A DNA stretch of 64,000 nucleotides, from contig JBIOUG010000174.1 of NCBI GenBank assembly GCA_044866775.1, forward strand, positions 951-64,950. The letters are read 5' to 3'. The notes below the pieces were generated by a model, which worked only from the letters and a program-made list of their open reading frames with translations, was not told the DNA's origin and did not search any database. Of this stretch, positions 1 to 15,367 are shown one piece after another (positions within the stretch are counted from its first letter, which is position 1; each line of letters begins with the position of its first letter). Made by a program: the position numbers and the translations under genes. This DNA is from Thermoanaerobaculia bacterium. GTDB lineage: Bacteria; Acidobacteriota; Thermoanaerobaculia; Multivoradales; UBA5704.

Positions 1-2118
<2,118 letters not shown>

Positions 2119-2169
2119 GCTGAGCGGGAGATCGACGGCACGCTGGACCTGCATGTATCGGGAGACGCA

Positions 2170-2418
2170 ATGAGCCCACGAGACGCCCTGCATCGGCTGG
2201 TCGACGATCTACCGGAGAAGGAGCTTTCGGCAGCGGCTCGCTTGCTGGAAGCACTGCGGCACGCCGAGGAGCCGGTCACGCGCGCTCTGGCGCAAGCGCC
2301 GTTCGACGACGAGCCCGACGACGACTTCGATAACACCTTGACAGAAGCGCGGGCCGAAGCCGATGCAGGCGGCGGTGTCACGACCGAAGAGCTCTGGCGC
2401 AGGCTGAGCCGTTCTTGA
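2170..2418 (+). CDS. Putative type II antitoxin (small helical protein with acidic C-terminal half)
   Basis: 82-aa ORF whose stop overlaps the start of a RelE/ParE-like ORF by 4 nt (2415-2418). The size, acidic tail and position are typical of antitoxins. The family was not identified. Confidence 0.5.
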   Translation: MSPRDALHRLVDDLPEKELSAAARLLEALRHAEEPVTRALAQAPFDDEPDDDFDNTLTEARAEADAGGGVTTEELWRRLSRS

Positions 2419-2935
2419 CCCTGCAGGTCCGCTGGCAGTCGGCCGCCGAGCGTGATCTTTCGCGGCTCGACCGACCCACCCAAGATCGCGTCATCGCAGC
2501 AGTCGAGCGCTTCGCCGCAACGGGCGAAGGAGACGTCGTGCGCTTGCGCCACCCCGATCCTCCCGAGTGGCGACTGCGCGTCGGCCTCCGCGGCTATGCC
2601 CAGCGCTTCGAGCTGTTCGAGCAGATGCGCGAGCGCATGCAGAACGAGATCATCACGCACCTCTTCCGCTTCGAGCCGATCACCGAAGAACAGATGGACG
2701 AGCAGCGCCGCCGCCGCGAGGCCCCGTCGCCCCGGTGCGCTTGAAGTTCTCCGTCCCCGCCAGTCCCCCGGCAATCGCTGCGGCGCGCCCTCCTCCACCG
2801 TTTCCCGTACGCTGTCTACTTCGTCCTCAAGCAGAACCGGAGCGTCGTGGTGCTGATCGTCGTCCATCAACGCCGGCGCCCAGCGAATGGAAGAGGCGGG
2901 CACGCGCCGAGGCAAGCCGCGAAGGCCGCCGATAG
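2415..2935 (+). pseudogene. RelE/ParE-family toxin gene interrupted by a copied secA fragment (chimeric 109-aa ORF 2415..2744; C-terminal toxin remnant in another frame near 2800-2880)
   Basis: The N-terminal 57 aa (MTLQVRWQSAAERDLSRLD...DVVRLRHPDPPEWRLRVG) match the RelE/ParE pattern up to WRLRVG. The reading frame then continues into secA-derived sequence ([17 protein letters not shown]...). A toxin-like C-terminus (YAVYFVLKQNRSVVVLIVVHQRR) reappears about 220 nt later in a different frame. Confidence 0.55.
2581..2790 (+). repeat. Direct copy of secA 3' coding segment (source 1772..~2010)
   Basis: Manual alignment: 2581-2726 matches 1772-1947 at roughly 90+% identity, with an in-frame 30-nt deletion (secA 1798-1827, [10 protein letters not shown]). 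Weaker similarity continues to about 2770-2790. Confidence 0.85.
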
Positions 2936-2990
2936 AGAAAAGCGCGCGCGGAGCTGGGGGTATTTAGGGGCGGAGGTTGTGTCCGCCCGC

Positions 2991-3017
2991 GAGGGGGGCA
3001 GACAAGCTGCCCCCCTC
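2991..3017. terminator. Perfect 11-bp stem / 5-nt loop hairpin between the TA remnant and the convergent DUF1579-like gene
   Basis: gaggggggcag-acaag-ctgcccccctc. There is no U-tract, so the terminator function is inferred only from its position between convergent genes. Confidence 0.4.
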
Positions 3018-3049
3018 GATGAGCGGGGAGAAGGCGCTGGCGCGCCGGT

Positions 3050-3679
3050 CTACTTCTTCCGCGTGTAGACCAGCTCCATCGACTTGAATTCCTTGCCGTC
3101 GGGGCCCTTGTCGAAGGCCTCCATGACCTCCTTGTCGGCGCCCTCTTCGCGCGAGACCATGCGGGTCTCGCGGGTCTCGCCGGTCATCGGGTCGGTGTAG
3201 GTGCTCTTGAAGGTGCAGTTGCCCTTCTCGTCGCACTGGCCGGCGCTGAGCATGACGCCGGTCGTCATGCTGTCGTTCCAGGTGCCCCAGAACTCCTGCT
3301 TGACGTTGTCGTAGCCGGTCATGCCGTGACCTTCGAACGGCTGGCCCATCATCTCGCTCTTGACCGTCTCGGTGAGCACGCGGCCACCCAGCGCGGAGGT
3401 GCGCTCGACGGTGCCGGACACCTCGGTCGGCGGCGCGGATGGGTTCATCCCCATCCAGAACTTGCCGGTGAAGGTCCAGCTCCCGGCCTTCTTCGCCAGC
3501 CACTGGTGCTGCTTGCCGGGGGTGCCTGCCTTCTCCATCGCCGCCCACATCGCCTTCTCCTGCTCGGACATCTGAGGGGCCTGGCCCCCGGTCTCCTGCG
3601 CCGCGAGCGAACCACAGGCCGCCAAGCCGACGCTCAGGGCCACCGCCGCCGCCCTCGCCATCACACTCTTCATCTCCAT
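3050..3679 (-). CDS. Secreted/lipoprotein DUF1579-like protein
   Basis: The ATG at 3679 is preceded by aaggaga. It has a signal/lipobox-like N-terminus ([13 protein letters not shown]). The body ([10 protein letters not shown]...[25 protein letters not shown]) resembles the DUF1579 family as I remember it. Confidence 0.7.
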   Translation of the reverse strand: MEMKSVMARAAAVALSVGLAACGSLAAQETGGQAPQMSEQEKAMWAAMEKAGTPGKQHQWLAKKAGSWTFTGKFWMGMNPSAPPTEVSGTVERTSALGGRVLTETVKSEMMGQPFEGHGMTGYDNVKQEFWGTWNDSMTTGVMLSAGQCDEKGNCTFKSTYTDPMTGETRETRMVSREEGADKEVMEAFDKGPDGKEFKSMELVYTRKK

Positions 3680-3778
3680 GGGACTCTCCTTTCTCGTACC
3701 GCGTCGATAGGCAGCCATCCTACCACTTACGCCGTCGTTACGCTAGACTCCAATCTGCTATCCTCTGCGCCCAATTCC

Positions 3779-5323
<1,545 letters not shown>

Positions 5324-5405
5324 GTTGATCGCGACCGTCGGAGCTGATCGGACGTTCGAGTGGCTGCCATCTTTACTGCGTTGATCCGATCTCCCTCACC
5401 CCTGG

Positions 5406-5429
5406 CCCCTCTCCCACATGGGAGAGGGG
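5406..5429. terminator. Perfect 10-bp stem hairpin between convergent guaB and the histidine kinase gene
   Basis: cccctctccc-acat-gggagagggg. It lies in the 157-bp convergent intergenic region. Confidence 0.45.
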
Positions 5430-5480
5430 GACGCCTGCCCCGCAGCAACCAGGACAGGCCTCTAGGCAAGACGGCCCATC

Positions 5481-8216
5481 TCAACTCGGCGGCCGGGCAC
5501 TCTCCCTGATCGCCGATTCGAGCGTCCGCATGTCCACCGGCTTCGTCAGGTGCCGCTCGAAGCCGGCTTCGAGGCTCTGCCGCACGTCGTCGTCCATGCC
5601 GTAGCCGGAGAGCGCGATGCCGCGCAGGCCGTAGCGGCCGGCCAGCTCGCGCATCAGGTCGCAGCCGTTGCCGTCCGGCAGGCCGAGGTCGCTCACCACC
5701 AGGTCGAAGGGCCCGCCGTTGGCGGGCTCCGCCGCTTCCGCCGCGGCGGCCTCGGACGCCGCCGCCTCCGCCGCGGCGAGGGCCTCCTCGACGCTCCCCG
5801 CCACCGTCACCTGATGGCCGGCGACGCGCAGCAGGTCGGCCATGGCATCGGCGGTGTCGGCATGGTCCTCGACCAGCAGCACGTGGAGCGGCCGGGAGAG
5901 GCGCGGTCCGCCCATGGTCTCCTCGCCGTCGAACGCCGGCACGCCGGCGGCGGCGCCCGCCGGCAGCCGCGCCGGCAGGCGCACCGTGAACGTGGCGCCG
6001 CGGCCCCTTCCCTCGCTCTCCGCGGTCAGCGTGCCGCCGTGCAGCTCGACGATGGCGCGGCTGATCGCCAGCCCCAGACCGAGGCCGCCGTAGCGGCGGG
6101 TGATCTTCTGCTGACCCTGCTCGAAGGCGTCGAAGATGCGCGGCAGCAGCTCCGGGTCGATGCCGATGCCGGTGTCGTCGACCTCGACCACCAGCCAGCG
6201 GTCGGGCGACCCCGTCTCGCCCTCGTTGCGCGAGCGGACGCGCACCACGCCGCCCTCGGGCGTGAACTTGACGGCGTTCTTGAGCAGGTTCCAGAAGACC
6301 TGCGACAACCGCGAGCCGTCCGCCCACACCCGGTGGTCGTCGGCGGTCAGCTCGGTCACCAGGCGCAGTCCCTTGTCCTCGGTCTCCGGCGTGCGGCAGG
6401 CCTCGACCGCGTGCGCCAGCAGCGGCAGGACGTCGGCCACCTCGCGGTGGAGGTTGAGCTTGCCGCGCTCGATGCGGGTCAGGTCGAGGAGGTCGTCGAT
6501 GAGCCGCGCCTCGAGCTCGGTGTTGCGGCGGACGGTGGCCAGGCGGTCGCGGGCGTCGGCCGGCAGGCGCCGGTCCTCCTCGAGCGCCGAGACCACGGCC
6601 AGAACAGGCGTCAGCGGCGTGCGCAGCTCGTGACTCAGGGTGGCGAGGAACTGGTCCTTGGCGGCGTTGGCCTGCTGCGTCGCCAGGTAGAGCCGGGCGT
6701 TCTGCACCGCGACGCCCGCCCGGCGCCCCAGCTCCTCGGCGAGGTCGAGGTCGCTCTCGTCGTAGGGCTTCGCGCCCGGTGAGGTGCGGCAGAAGGTGAG
6801 CGTGCCGAGCGGCCCTTCCGGCGTCGCCACCGGCACGGTGATCAGCGAATGGAACGCCAGGCTGGCGAGGAAGCGGTAGTGCTCGTCGCTCGCGGCGGCG
6901 TGGCGCAGCCACTGCCTGCTGACGACCGGCACCAGCTCCGCCCGCCCGGTGCGCAGCACGCGCGCCACCGGATGGTGGTCGGCGCCCGGCGCCGGCAGGA
7001 AGCGCCACATCTGCTCGAGCTCCTGCTGGCGGGCGGGGTCGCGGTGCGCCCAGGCGACGCGCTCGATCTCGCCGCTCTCGCCGGCGAGGTCGAAGAGGCA
7101 GAAGTCGGCGATCGTGTCGACGGCCAGCCGGGCGACGTTGCGCAGCGTCTCGTCGTAGTCGAGGCTGCCGGCGAGGAGCGTGCCGGCCTGGGCGAGGAAG
7201 TGGAGCGACCGCTCGGCGCGCTTGCGGTCGGTGACGTCGACGACCGTCCCCGCCATCCGCCGCGGCTGGCCGGCCGCCTGCGAGAACGAGCGGCCGGAGC
7301 CGGCGAGCCAGCGCACCGCGCCGTCCGGCCGCACGACGCGGAACTCGCGCTGCAGCTCGCCGCCGCGCGCCATCGCCGTGTCGAGGCTCTCACGCACGCC
7401 GTCGCGGTCGTCCGGATGGACGAGCCCGAGGAGCTGCGGCAGGGTGGCGGCCGCATCCTGCGGATCGACCCCGAGGAGCCTCCCCGCCTGCTCGGACCAG
7501 GCGAGGCGGCGCGCCGCGCCGTCCCAGCGCCAGGCGGCCGATCCCGATGCCTCGAGCGCCTGGTTGAGGACCGTCGTGGCATCGGCGAGCTGCCGGCGGC
7601 TGCGCCGGGTCAGCCAGAGCGCCAGCGGCAGCAGCCCGAACAGCAGCAGCCCGGCGCCGCCGCTGACGAACGCCACCGCCTGGCGGCCCGCGTCGGCGGT
7701 CTCCAGCCGCCGGCGCAGGGCGCCGCGCTCCTCCGCGCGCACCGCGTCGGCGAGGCTGCGGATGGCGGCCATCTCCTCCGCCGCGCGGCCGCTCAGCAGG
7801 ACCATGGTACGCGGCGCGAGGTGCTCCTGCCGCTGCCGGATCCCGCCCTCCAGCGCCCGCAGCCGGCGGCCGACGGCGCGCTCGAGGCGCGCGATCCGGC
7901 GCTGCTGCTCCCAGCTCTCCGAGGCGTTCTGGCGCAGGCGCCGGGCCGCCTCCCGGGTCGCGGTCGCGGCCGTGCGCGCGTGCCGCAGGTCCTCATCGGT
8001 GCCGTAGAGGAGGAAGCTCTGCTGCGCGTCCTCCGCGTCGCGCAGGTTGTAGAGCAGCCCGTCGAGCGCTCCCGTCACCTGCTCGTGCTGGGCCCAGGCC
8101 TCGATCCGGCTAGGGCTGACGGCTCCCACCAGCGCGCCGAGACCGAAGGCCGCGAGCGCCCCCAGCAGTGCCAGGAGGGGCCAGATGGACTGCCATTTCG
8201 CGCTCTGTACCGGCAT
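5481..8216 (-). CDS. Hybrid sensor histidine kinase (CHASE3-like sensor, PAS, GAF, HisKA, HATPase, receiver)
   Basis: N-terminal TM segment plus a CHASE3-like segment. H-box SHELRTPLT. ATPase motifs [20 protein letters not shown] and [12 protein letters not shown]-terminal receiver ([25 protein letters not shown]). Confidence 0.9.
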   Translation of the reverse strand: MPVQSAKWQSIWPLLALLGALAAFGLGALVGAVSPSRIEAWAQHEQVTGALDGLLYNLRDAEDAQQSFLLYGTDEDLRHARTAATATREAARRLRQNASESWEQQRRIARLERAVGRRLRALEGGIRQRQEHLAPRTMVLLSGRAAEEMAAIRSLADAVRAEERGALRRRLETADAGRQAVAFVSGGAGLLLFGLLPLALWLTRRSRRQLADATTVLNQALEASGSAAWRWDGAARRLAWSEQAGRLLGVDPQDAAATLPQLLGLVHPDDRDGVRESLDTAMARGGELQREFRVVRPDGAVRWLAGSGRSFSQAAGQPRRMAGTVVDVTDRKRAERSLHFLAQAGTLLAGSLDYDETLRNVARLAVDTIADFCLFDLAGESGEIERVAWAHRDPARQQELEQMWRFLPAPGADHHPVARVLRTGRAELVPVVSRQWLRHAAASDEHYRFLASLAFHSLITVPVATPEGPLGTLTFCRTSPGAKPYDESDLDLAEELGRRAGVAVQNARLYLATQQANAAKDQFLATLSHELRTPLTPVLAVVSALEEDRRLPADARDRLATVRRNTELEARLIDDLLDLTRIERGKLNLHREVADVLPLLAHAVEACRTPETEDKGLRLVTELTADDHRVWADGSRLSQVFWNLLKNAVKFTPEGGVVRVRSRNEGETGSPDRWLVVEVDDTGIGIDPELLPRIFDAFEQGQQKITRRYGGLGLGLAISRAIVELHGGTLTAESEGRGRGATFTVRLPARLPAGAAAGVPAFDGEETMGGPRLSRPLHVLLVEDHADTADAMADLLRVAGHQVTVAGSVEEALAAAEAAASEAAAAEAAEPANGGPFDLVVSDLGLPDGNGCDLMRELAGRYGLRGIALSGYGMDDDVRQSLEAGFERHLTKPVDMRTLESAIRESARPPS

Positions 8217-8328
8217 CCGAGACTACGTCCGAGCAAGCCGCATGACACACAAAGACCCGTGCCCCACCGGTCATGCAAAATCCCCACCAGTCGGGGGTCG
8301 GACGCCGCGCAGTCTAGGATGCCCCGCC

Positions 8329-9021
8329 ATGCAGACGCCGCCGTCCCCGCCGCTGGTCGAGCTACGCGCCCTGACGCGCACCTTCTACGAAGGCGGGCGC
8401 GAGCGGGTCGTGCTGCGCGAGGCCTCGGCGGCCATCCATAAGGGCGAGCTGGCGGTGGTGGTCGGCAAGAGCGGATCGGGGAAGTCGACGCTCCTCAACC
8501 TGGTCGCCGGGATCGACCTCCCCACCGCCGGCGATGTCGTGGTCGACGGTGTCACCTTGACGCGCCAGGGTGACCGGGAGCGCACGCTCTTCCGCCGCCG
8601 TCACGTCGGCTTCGTCTTCCAGTTCTTCAACCTGATCCCCACCCTGACCGTGGCGGAGAACCTCCTCCTGCCGCTCGAGCTCCAGGGCCGGGTCGCCCCG
8701 GAGCGCCGGCGCGCCGCCCTCGCGCTCCTCGACGAGGTGGGGCTTGCCGACCGCGCCGGCGCCTTCCCCGACCGGCTCTCGGGCGGCGAGCAGCAGCGGG
8801 TGGCCGTGGCGCGGGCGCTCGTGCACGACCCGCTGCTGGTCCTGGCCGACGAGCCGACCGGCAACCTCGACCTCGAGACCGGCCTCGCCGTCCTCCAGCT
8901 CCTCGACCGGCTGACGCGGCGAACAGGTAGGACGCTGCTCATGGCCACGCACAGCCCGGAGGTCGTGGGGATCGCGGACCGGGTGTTCCACATCGCCGAG
9001 GGGCGGCTGGTGGAAGGGTGA
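8329..9021 (+). CDS. ABC transporter ATP-binding protein (MacB/LolD-like)
   Basis: Walker [10 protein letters not shown], signature [15 protein letters not shown], Walker [14 protein letters not shown]. The start is taken at ATG 8329. Confidence 0.9.
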   Translation: MQTPPSPPLVELRALTRTFYEGGRERVVLREASAAIHKGELAVVVGKSGSGKSTLLNLVAGIDLPTAGDVVVDGVTLTRQGDRERTLFRRRHVGFVFQFFNLIPTLTVAENLLLPLELQGRVAPERRRAALALLDEVGLADRAGAFPDRLSGGEQQRVAVARALVHDPLLVLADEPTGNLDLETGLAVLQLLDRLTRRTGRTLLMATHSPEVVGIADRVFHIAEGRLVEG

Positions 9022-11585
9022 GCCATCTTCTCTGGCGCTCCGCGCTGCGCAACCTGCCTCGCCACCCGTGGCAGCTCGGGCTCTCGCTGCTCGGCGTGGC
9101 GCTGGGCGTCGCCGTGGTCGTGGCGATCGACCTCGCGAACGCCAGCGCCGTCCGCGCCTTGACGCTCTCGACCGAGGCTGTCGCCGGGCGGGCCACGCAT
9201 CAGGTCACGGGCGGCCCGCGTGGGCTACCGGACGATGTCTATCGGCGCCTCGTGCTCGCGGCAGGCGTTGACGCCGCGGCCCCGGTCGTCGAGGACTGGG
9301 TCACGGTGCTTCCACCAAGCTCCCAACCACCACACACCCTCCACCTCTTCGGCGTCGACCCCTTCGCCGAGGCCCCCTTCCGCGCCTACCTCTCCGCCGG
9401 CGGCGGCGCCGACCTGCGCGCCTTCCTCACCCGCCCGGGAGCCGCCGTCCTCACCGCCGAGCGGGCGGGCGAGCTGGCGCTCGCGCCGGGCGACGCCTTC
9501 ACCGTGCTCGCCGGCGGCCGCCCCCGCCGCCTCGAGCTGATCGGCGTCCTCGAGCCCGCCGATCCGACCGCCGCCCGCGCCCTCGCCAATCTGCTCCTGG
9601 TCGACGTCGCGACGGCGCAGGAGCTGCTGGGCCGCGTCGGGCGGCTCGACCGCATCGACCTCCGCCTCCCCGACGGCGCCGCGGGCGACGCCCTTCTCGC
9701 CCGCTTACGGCGCCTTCTGCCGCCGCCGGCGGAGGTCGCCCCGGCCGCGGCGCGGGCGGCGCGCACGGCGGCGATGACGCGCGCCTTCCGCGTCAACTTG
9801 ACCGCCCTCTCGCTCCTCGCACTCGTCTGCGGCGTCTTCCTGATCTACAACACGATCACCTTCGCGGTCGTCCAGCGGCGGACGCTGCTCGGCACCCTGC
9901 GCGCGCTCGGGGTGACGCGGCGCGAAGTCCTCGGGCTGGTGCTCGGCGAGGCGCTGCTGCTCGGCGCCGCCGGCACGGCCGCCGGGCTCGCCGCCGGCGT
10001 CGTGCTCGGCCAGGGGCTGGTGCGCCTGGTGACGCGCACCATCAACGACCTCTACTTCGTGCTCGAGGTGCGCGGCCTCGAGCTGCCGCCGTGGACGCTC
10101 GCCAAGGGAGCGGCGCTCGGACTCGCGGCGACGCTGCTCGCCGCTCTCGCCCCGGCGCGCGAGGCCGCCATGGCGCCGCCGCGCGCCGTCCTCACCCGCT
10201 CGTTCTTGGAGAGTGCCGCCCGCCGCGCGCTGCCGCGGGCCACCGCCGCCGGGCTGGCGCTGCTGGCGGCGGGGGCCGTCCTCCTCGCCGTTCCGGCGCC
10301 GCTCGCCGTCGCCTTCGTCGGCCTCCTGGCGCTGGTCCTCGGCGCCGCCCTCCTCGCTCCCGGCGTCACCGTCCTGCTGATGCGCGCCCTGCGCCGGCCC
10401 ATGGCCGCCGTCTTCGGCCCGCTCGGCCGGATGGCCGCCGGCGGCGTGGTGGCGACCTTGTCGCGCACCGGCGTCGCCGCGGCGGCGCTGGTCGTCGCCG
10501 TGGCCGTGGCGGTGGGCGTCGGGGCGATGATCGGCAGCTTCCGCTCGACCGTCGTGCGCTGGCTCGGGGCGCAGCTCACCGCCGACCTCTATGTCGCCGC
10601 CGCCGGCCGGCCGGGCACGCCGCTCGACCCGGCGCTCGCCGCCCGCGCCGCCGCTCTCCCCGGCGTCGAGCGGGTGGACGCCATCCGTCGCGCCGAGGTG
10701 GCCTCGGCGCTCGGACCGTTACGGGTGATGGCCGTCGATCTCGCGCCGGACGGGAGCCCGCCGCACGGGCCGTCGCGCCTGCGCACCGCCTTCGCGCTGC
10801 GCGCCGGGCGCGCGGGCGCGGCCTGGCCGCGCGTCGAGGCCGGGCAGGCGGTGCTGGTGTCCGAGCCCCTCGCCCGCCGCACCGGCCTCGGCGTCGGCTC
10901 GCGCCTCCGCCTTCGCACCGCAACGGGGCGACGCGACCTGCCGGTGGCCGGTGTCTTCTACGACTACGCCTACGAGGAGGGCGTGGTCCTCATGACGCTC
11001 GACCTCTACCGCCGGCTGTGGCGCGACCCGCTGCTCTCCGGCGTCTCGCTCCACCTGGCGCCGGCGGCGGACGCGGCGGCGGTCGAGCGCGCCCTGCGCC
11101 GCGCCGCCGGCCCCACGCTGCCGCTCGCCGTCACCCCGAACCGCGAGCTGCGCCGCCGCTCGCTCGAGATCTTCGACCGCACCTTCCGCATCACCGGCGT
11201 CCTCCGCCTCCTCGCCGGCCTGGTGGCCTTCATCGGCGTCCTCGCGGCCCTCATGGCTTTGCAGCTCGAGCGCCAGCGCGAGATCGCCGTGCTGCGCGCC
11301 AACGGCCTGACGCGCGGCCAGGTCTGGCAGCTCGTCACCTCCCAGACCGGCCTCCTCGGCCTCGCCGCCGGCCTCCTCTCGCTGCCCCTCGGCCTGGCGC
11401 TGGCGGCGATCATGGTCTACGTCATCAACCGCCGCTCCTTCGGCTGGACGATCGACCTCGACCTCACCGCCGCCCTCGTGGTCGAGCCGCTGGCGCTCGC
11501 CGTCGGCGCCGCCCTCCTCGCCGGCCTCTACCCGGCCTGGCGCATGGCCCGCGCGCTGCCGGCCGAGGCGCTGCGGGAGGAGTGA
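9018..11585 (+). CDS. ABC transporter permease, duplicated FtsX-like module (855 aa)
   Basis: GTGA start/stop overlap with the upstream ATPase gene. It has two blocks of FtsX-type TM helices separated by large extracytoplasmic domains. Confidence 0.85.
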   Translation: MSHLLWRSALRNLPRHPWQLGLSLLGVALGVAVVVAIDLANASAVRALTLSTEAVAGRATHQVTGGPRGLPDDVYRRLVLAAGVDAAAPVVEDWVTVLPPSSQPPHTLHLFGVDPFAEAPFRAYLSAGGGADLRAFLTRPGAAVLTAERAGELALAPGDAFTVLAGGRPRRLELIGVLEPADPTAARALANLLLVDVATAQELLGRVGRLDRIDLRLPDGAAGDALLARLRRLLPPPAEVAPAAARAARTAAMTRAFRVNLTALSLLALVCGVFLIYNTITFAVVQRRTLLGTLRALGVTRREVLGLVLGEALLLGAAGTAAGLAAGVVLGQGLVRLVTRTINDLYFVLEVRGLELPPWTLAKGAALGLAATLLAALAPAREAAMAPPRAVLTRSFLESAARRALPRATAAGLALLAAGAVLLAVPAPLAVAFVGLLALVLGAALLAPGVTVLLMRALRRPMAAVFGPLGRMAAGGVVATLSRTGVAAAALVVAVAVAVGVGAMIGSFRSTVVRWLGAQLTADLYVAAAGRPGTPLDPALAARAAALPGVERVDAIRRAEVASALGPLRVMAVDLAPDGSPPHGPSRLRTAFALRAGRAGAAWPRVEAGQAVLVSEPLARRTGLGVGSRLRLRTATGRRDLPVAGVFYDYAYEEGVVLMTLDLYRRLWRDPLLSGVSLHLAPAADAAAVERALRRAAGPTLPLAVTPNRELRRRSLEIFDRTFRITGVLRLLAGLVAFIGVLAALMALQLERQREIAVLRANGLTRGQVWQLVTSQTGLLGLAAGLLSLPLGLALAAIMVYVINRRSFGWTIDLDLTAALVVEPLALAVGAALLAGLYPAWRMARALPAEALREE

Positions 11586-11600
11586 GCGCGGGGCCGCGTT

Positions 11601-13421
11601 TCAGCGGTACGCGGCGGCCTGGATCCCGTACAGCTCGGCGTATTGCCCGCCCTCGGCCATGAGCTCGTCGTGGGTGCCGAACTCGACGAGGCGGGCGCCG
11701 TCGAGGACGACGATGAGGTCCGCCATGCGCACGGTGGAGAAACGGTGGGAGACGAGGATCGTGATGCGCCCATCCTCGCCGTCGTCGCCGCGGCGGGCGG
11801 CGGCGGCGTAGCGCTCGAACAGCGCGTGCTCGGTCTCGGCGTCCAGCGCCGCGGTGGGCTCGTCGAGCACCAGCAGCAGCGGGCGGTCGCGCATGAAGCC
11901 GCGCGCGAGGGCGAGCTTCTGCCACTGGCCGAACGACACCTCGACGCCCCCCGGCCAGGTGGGGCCGAGCTGCGTCTCGAGGCCCGACGCCAGGCCCGCG
12001 ACGACGTCGCCGGCGCCGGCGCGGTCGACGGCCGCGACCACGGCGGGCTCGTCGTCCAGCCGCGGCACGTCGCCGACCCCGACGGTCTGACGCGCCAGGA
12101 GCTCGAAGCGGAAGAAGTCCTGGAAGGCTCCGGCCAGACGCGCGCGCCAGGCGTCGGCGGGCATGCGGGCGAGCGGCGCGCCGTCGACGAGGATGGCGCC
12201 CGACGTCGGCTCGTACAGCTTGGCGAGCAGCTTCACCAGGGTCGTCTTGCCGGCGCCGTTCTCGCCGACCACGGCCACCACCGTGCCGGCGGGCAGCGCC
12301 AGCGAGACGTCGTCGAGGACCAGGCGCGAGGTGCCCGGGTAGGCGAAGGACACGTGCTCGAGGCAGATGCCCTGACGCAGGACCGGCGGCACCGGGAGAT
12401 CGGCCGCGGCGGCGACCGACGCCGCGTAGTCCTCGAGCCAGGCGAGGCGCCTGGAGCCGTCCATCCAGAAGCCGCGCAGGAAGCCGATCTCGCCGACGGT
12501 GGCGCCGACGTAGGACGACAGGCGCGACCCGGCGGCCAGCACGAGCAGCACGGCGCCCGGCGGCGCGGCGAGTCGCCACGCCACGAACACCACGGCGCCG
12601 ACGTAGGCGCCGCCGAACACGGCCCACGCCAGCGTGTACCAGGCGGCGGAGCCCCACCGCGCCGGCGCCACCAGCCCGTACCAGCGCTCCCACGCCGCAC
12701 GGCGCCGGCCTACCAGGCGATCGCCGATGCCGATGACCCGCACTTCCTTGCCCGGCGGCGCGGTGGTGGCGAGCGTGAACAGGTGCCGCGCCAGCCGGCT
12801 CGACTGGGCGCCGCGCTCCTGGGCCACGCGCTCGACCGCCGGCCGCCACGTCGAGGTGAGCACGGTGGGCAGGGCGAAGACCGCGAGCAGCACGAGCGCC
12901 GGGTGGATCGACATCAGCAGCGCCACCGTCACCCCGAGCCGCAGGATCCAGCCGCAGGTCGAGAACAGCGACATGTACATGTGGTCGAGCACGAACACCT
13001 GGTCGCGGAGCATGGCGAGCCGGTCGAGGTACTCGGGCCGCTCATGGTGGGCGATCGTCGCCACCGTCGCCTGGAGGCGGGCGACGTGCGCTTCGAGCGC
13101 GATCGTGACCTTGTCGCGGAAGCGCCGCTGCACCCGGGTGCTGACGGTGTTGAGGAACCACGTCCCGGCGGCCGAGACGCCCAGGCCGACGGCCGCCGCG
13201 CGCACCAGGCCGGGCGCGCCCTCGAGCAGGCCCTTGCCGAGCAGCGCCAGCCACAGCGCGAGCAGCGCATCCGGCAGCGCCGCGAGCTGCGACAGCGCGA
13301 AGGCGGCGACCATCAGCCGCGGTTCGTGGCGGAGGCCGAGCCTGCACAGGCGCCACATCGACGACAGCGCCGGCGGCAGGTCGTCGGCCTTCCGCGCCGC
13401 GTGCCTACGCGAGGACGTCAT
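11601..13421 (-). CDS. ABC exporter, fused TMD-NBD half transporter
   Basis: N-terminal six-TM-like region. Walker A GENGAGKTT, Q-loop/signature region SFGQWQKLALARGF, Walker B LLLVLDEPTAALD, H-loop ILVSHRFSTV. Confidence 0.9.
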   Translation of the reverse strand: MTSSRRHAARKADDLPPALSSMWRLCRLGLRHEPRLMVAAFALSQLAALPDALLALWLALLGKGLLEGAPGLVRAAAVGLGVSAAGTWFLNTVSTRVQRRFRDKVTIALEAHVARLQATVATIAHHERPEYLDRLAMLRDQVFVLDHMYMSLFSTCGWILRLGVTVALLMSIHPALVLLAVFALPTVLTSTWRPAVERVAQERGAQSSRLARHLFTLATTAPPGKEVRVIGIGDRLVGRRRAAWERWYGLVAPARWGSAAWYTLAWAVFGGAYVGAVVFVAWRLAAPPGAVLLVLAAGSRLSSYVGATVGEIGFLRGFWMDGSRRLAWLEDYAASVAAAADLPVPPVLRQGICLEHVSFAYPGTSRLVLDDVSLALPAGTVVAVVGENGAGKTTLVKLLAKLYEPTSGAILVDGAPLARMPADAWRARLAGAFQDFFRFELLARQTVGVGDVPRLDDEPAVVAAVDRAGAGDVVAGLASGLETQLGPTWPGGVEVSFGQWQKLALARGFMRDRPLLLVLDEPTAALDAETEHALFERYAAAARRGDDGEDGRITILVSHRFSTVRMADLIVVLDGARLVEFGTHDELMAEGGQYAELYGIQAAAYR

Positions 13422-15360
13422 AGACCGCGCCTTCCTCGTCCTCGGCGGCGCCGAAGCGCTGCGCCTGCAGGTCGAACATCGCCCGGTAGCGGCCCCGCCG
13501 CGCCATCAGCTCGCCGTGGGTGCCGTGCTCGACGACGCGCCCGTGCTCGAGCACGCAGATGCGGTCCGCATGGCGCACCGTCGAGAAGCGGTGGGAGATG
13601 AGGATCGTCGTGCATTGGCGGCCGGCGTGGCTAGGAGCCCGTCGCGCTGGTCGCGCGACGGACAGCGCTCCTAGCTCGATCGGATACGGCGCGAAAGCTT
13701 TCGCGCCTAGGATGCGGTCGAAGATCTCGGCCTCGCCGCGCACGTCGAGCTGGGCGGTGGGCTCGTCGAGCAGCACCACGCCGGCGCCGCGCTCGACGGC
13801 GCACAGCGCCCGGGCGAGAGCGACCCGCTGCCACTGCCCGCCGGAGAGATCGGTGCCCCCGTCGTAGCCGCGGGCGAGCACGGTGTCGAGGTCGGCCAGG
13901 CCCGCCGCGCCGGCCGCCGCGAGCGCGCCGCGCACGGCGTCGTCCGGCGCGCCCGCCGGAGCGACGTTGTCGCGCAGCGGCAGCTCGAAGCGGACGAAGT
14001 CCTGGAACACGGCGGCCAGGCGCGAGCGCCAGGCGCCGAGGTCGAGGTCGCGCAGGTCGACCCCGTCGACCTCGATGGCGCCGCCCTGCGGGTCGTAGAG
14101 GCGGCAGAGCAGCTTGGCGAGCGTCGTCTTGCCGGCGCCGTTCTGCCCGACGATGGCGAGCGACGACCCGGCGGGGATCGTGAGGTCGAAGCCCTCGAGC
14201 ACCGGCCGGCCGCCGGGGTAGGCGAAGGTGAGGTCGCGAAAGCGCACCTCGCGCGCCGGCAGGCCGGCCGCGGGACGGCGGCCTGGGAGCCCGTCGCGCT
14301 GGGCGCGCGACGGAAAGCGCTCCCCGGATCGATCAGAGCCCGGCGCGAATGCTTTCGCGCCTGGGGGCAGCGCGCCGGCGGTCGCCATCGCCGGCTCGAG
14401 GCGCAGGACGGCGGCCACCGGCGCCGCGGAGCCGTCGAGGGCCCAGTTGAGGCCGCCAAAGGCGATCATCGACGTGCCCACCGCGGCCTGGGCGAAGACG
14501 ACGGCCGCGGCGAGGCTCAGGCGGCCGCCCGCCGCGGCGCCGGCCAGCGACCAGAAGACGGCCAGGTTGGCGCCGAGCACGAGCAACAGGCTCCATAGCA
14601 GCGGCTTCTCGCGCAGCCGCGTCGCCTCGTACTGCAGCGCGTGCAGGCGCGTGCGGCGGTTGACGAAGCGCTCGATGGTCCAGCCGGCGAGGCCGAACAG
14701 GCGCAGCTCCTTGGCGGGCGGCGGGTCGACGGCGAGCCGGTACGCGTAGTCGGCGTCACGCTGCGCGGCGCGCACCTCGTCGGTGTTGCGGTCGTGCCAG
14801 ACCGCGCTCTCGCGCAGCAGCCAGTGAGTCGCCAACCAGGCGCCGGCGAGGGCGATCGGCGCCCACCAGGCCCAGGCGAAGAGCACGACGGCGCAGGCGA
14901 GACCGCCGATCATCTCGACCAGGCCGGAGGCGATGAAGTCCATCGAGATCGTCAGCGGCGGACCGGTCATGCCGAGGTCGAAGTCGCGCGCCACCGTCAG
15001 GTCGCCGGTGAGCTTCGGGTCCTCGAGATGACCCATGCCCGGCGGCCGTACGCAGGCCTCGGTCAGCCGGTCGTACAGCCAGGCGGCGGTGCGGTCGCCG
15101 AGGTTGGCGCTGATCGCCCGGTGGAGCGGGGAGAGGACCTGGAGGAGGACGAAGACGGCGCCGACGAGCGCCAGCGGGCCGGCCAGGCCGTCGCCGCGCT
15201 CGACGGCGCCGACGAGGGCACCCATGGCGAGGGCGAAGATCGCGGGCAGGACGCCGCGCAGGACCAGCGCCGCCCACCAGCCGAGGGCGAGGACGCGATC
15301 GGCCCGCGGCAGGACCGCGAAGAACTTCCACTCGTTGCGCGCGCGCAGGCGGTCGATCAT
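13405..15360 (-). CDS. ABC exporter, fused TMD-NBD half transporter (carries two in-frame repeat-element insertions)
   Basis: Walker A GQNGAGKTT, LSGGQWQRVALARAL, VVLLDEPTAQLD, ILISHRFSTV. It overlaps the downstream partner gene by 17 nt. It carries two 27-aa inserts containing GAKAFAP. Confidence 0.9.
   Translation of the reverse strand: MIDRLRARNEWKFFAVLPRADRVLALGWWAALVLRGVLPAIFALAMGALVGAVERGDGLAGPLALVGAVFVLLQVLSPLHRAISANLGDRTAAWLYDRLTEACVRPPGMGHLEDPKLTGDLTVARDFDLGMTGPPLTISMDFIASGLVEMIGGLACAVVLFAWAWWAPIALAGAWLATHWLLRESAVWHDRNTDEVRAAQRDADYAYRLAVDPPPAKELRLFGLAGWTIERFVNRRTRLHALQYEATRLREKPLLWSLLLVLGANLAVFWSLAGAAAGGRLSLAAAVVFAQAAVGTSMIAFGGLNWALDGSAAPVAAVLRLEPAMATAGALPPGAKAFAPGSDRSGERFPSRAQRDGLPGRRPAAGLPAREVRFRDLTFAYPGGRPVLEGFDLTIPAGSSLAIVGQNGAGKTTLAKLLCRLYDPQGGAIEVDGVDLRDLDLGAWRSRLAAVFQDFVRFELPLRDNVAPAGAPDDAVRGALAAAGAAGLADLDTVLARGYDGGTDLSGGQWQRVALARALCAVERGAGVVLLDEPTAQLDVRGEAEIFDRILGAKAFAPYPIELGALSVARPARRAPSHAGRQCTTILISHRFSTVRHADRICVLEHGRVVEHGTHGELMARRGRYRAMFDLQAQRFGAAEDEEGAVYDVLA
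13631..13710 (+). repeat. ~81-nt double-hairpin interspersed element, copy A (inside ABC exporter CDS, in frame)
   Basis: ctaggagcccgtcgcgctggtcgcgcgacggacagcgctcctag...ggcgcgaaagctttcgcgcctag. It encodes LGAKAFAPYPIELGALSVARPARRAPS between the Walker B region and the H-loop. The paralog 11601..13421 lacks this segment. Confidence 0.85.
14282..14364 (+). repeat. ~81-nt double-hairpin interspersed element, copy B (inside ABC exporter CDS, in frame)
   Basis: Same architecture as copy A, with point differences. It encodes GAKAFAPGSDRSGERFPSRAQRDGLPG in the TMD-NBD linker. Confidence 0.85.
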
Positions 15361-15367
15361 CGGTGCC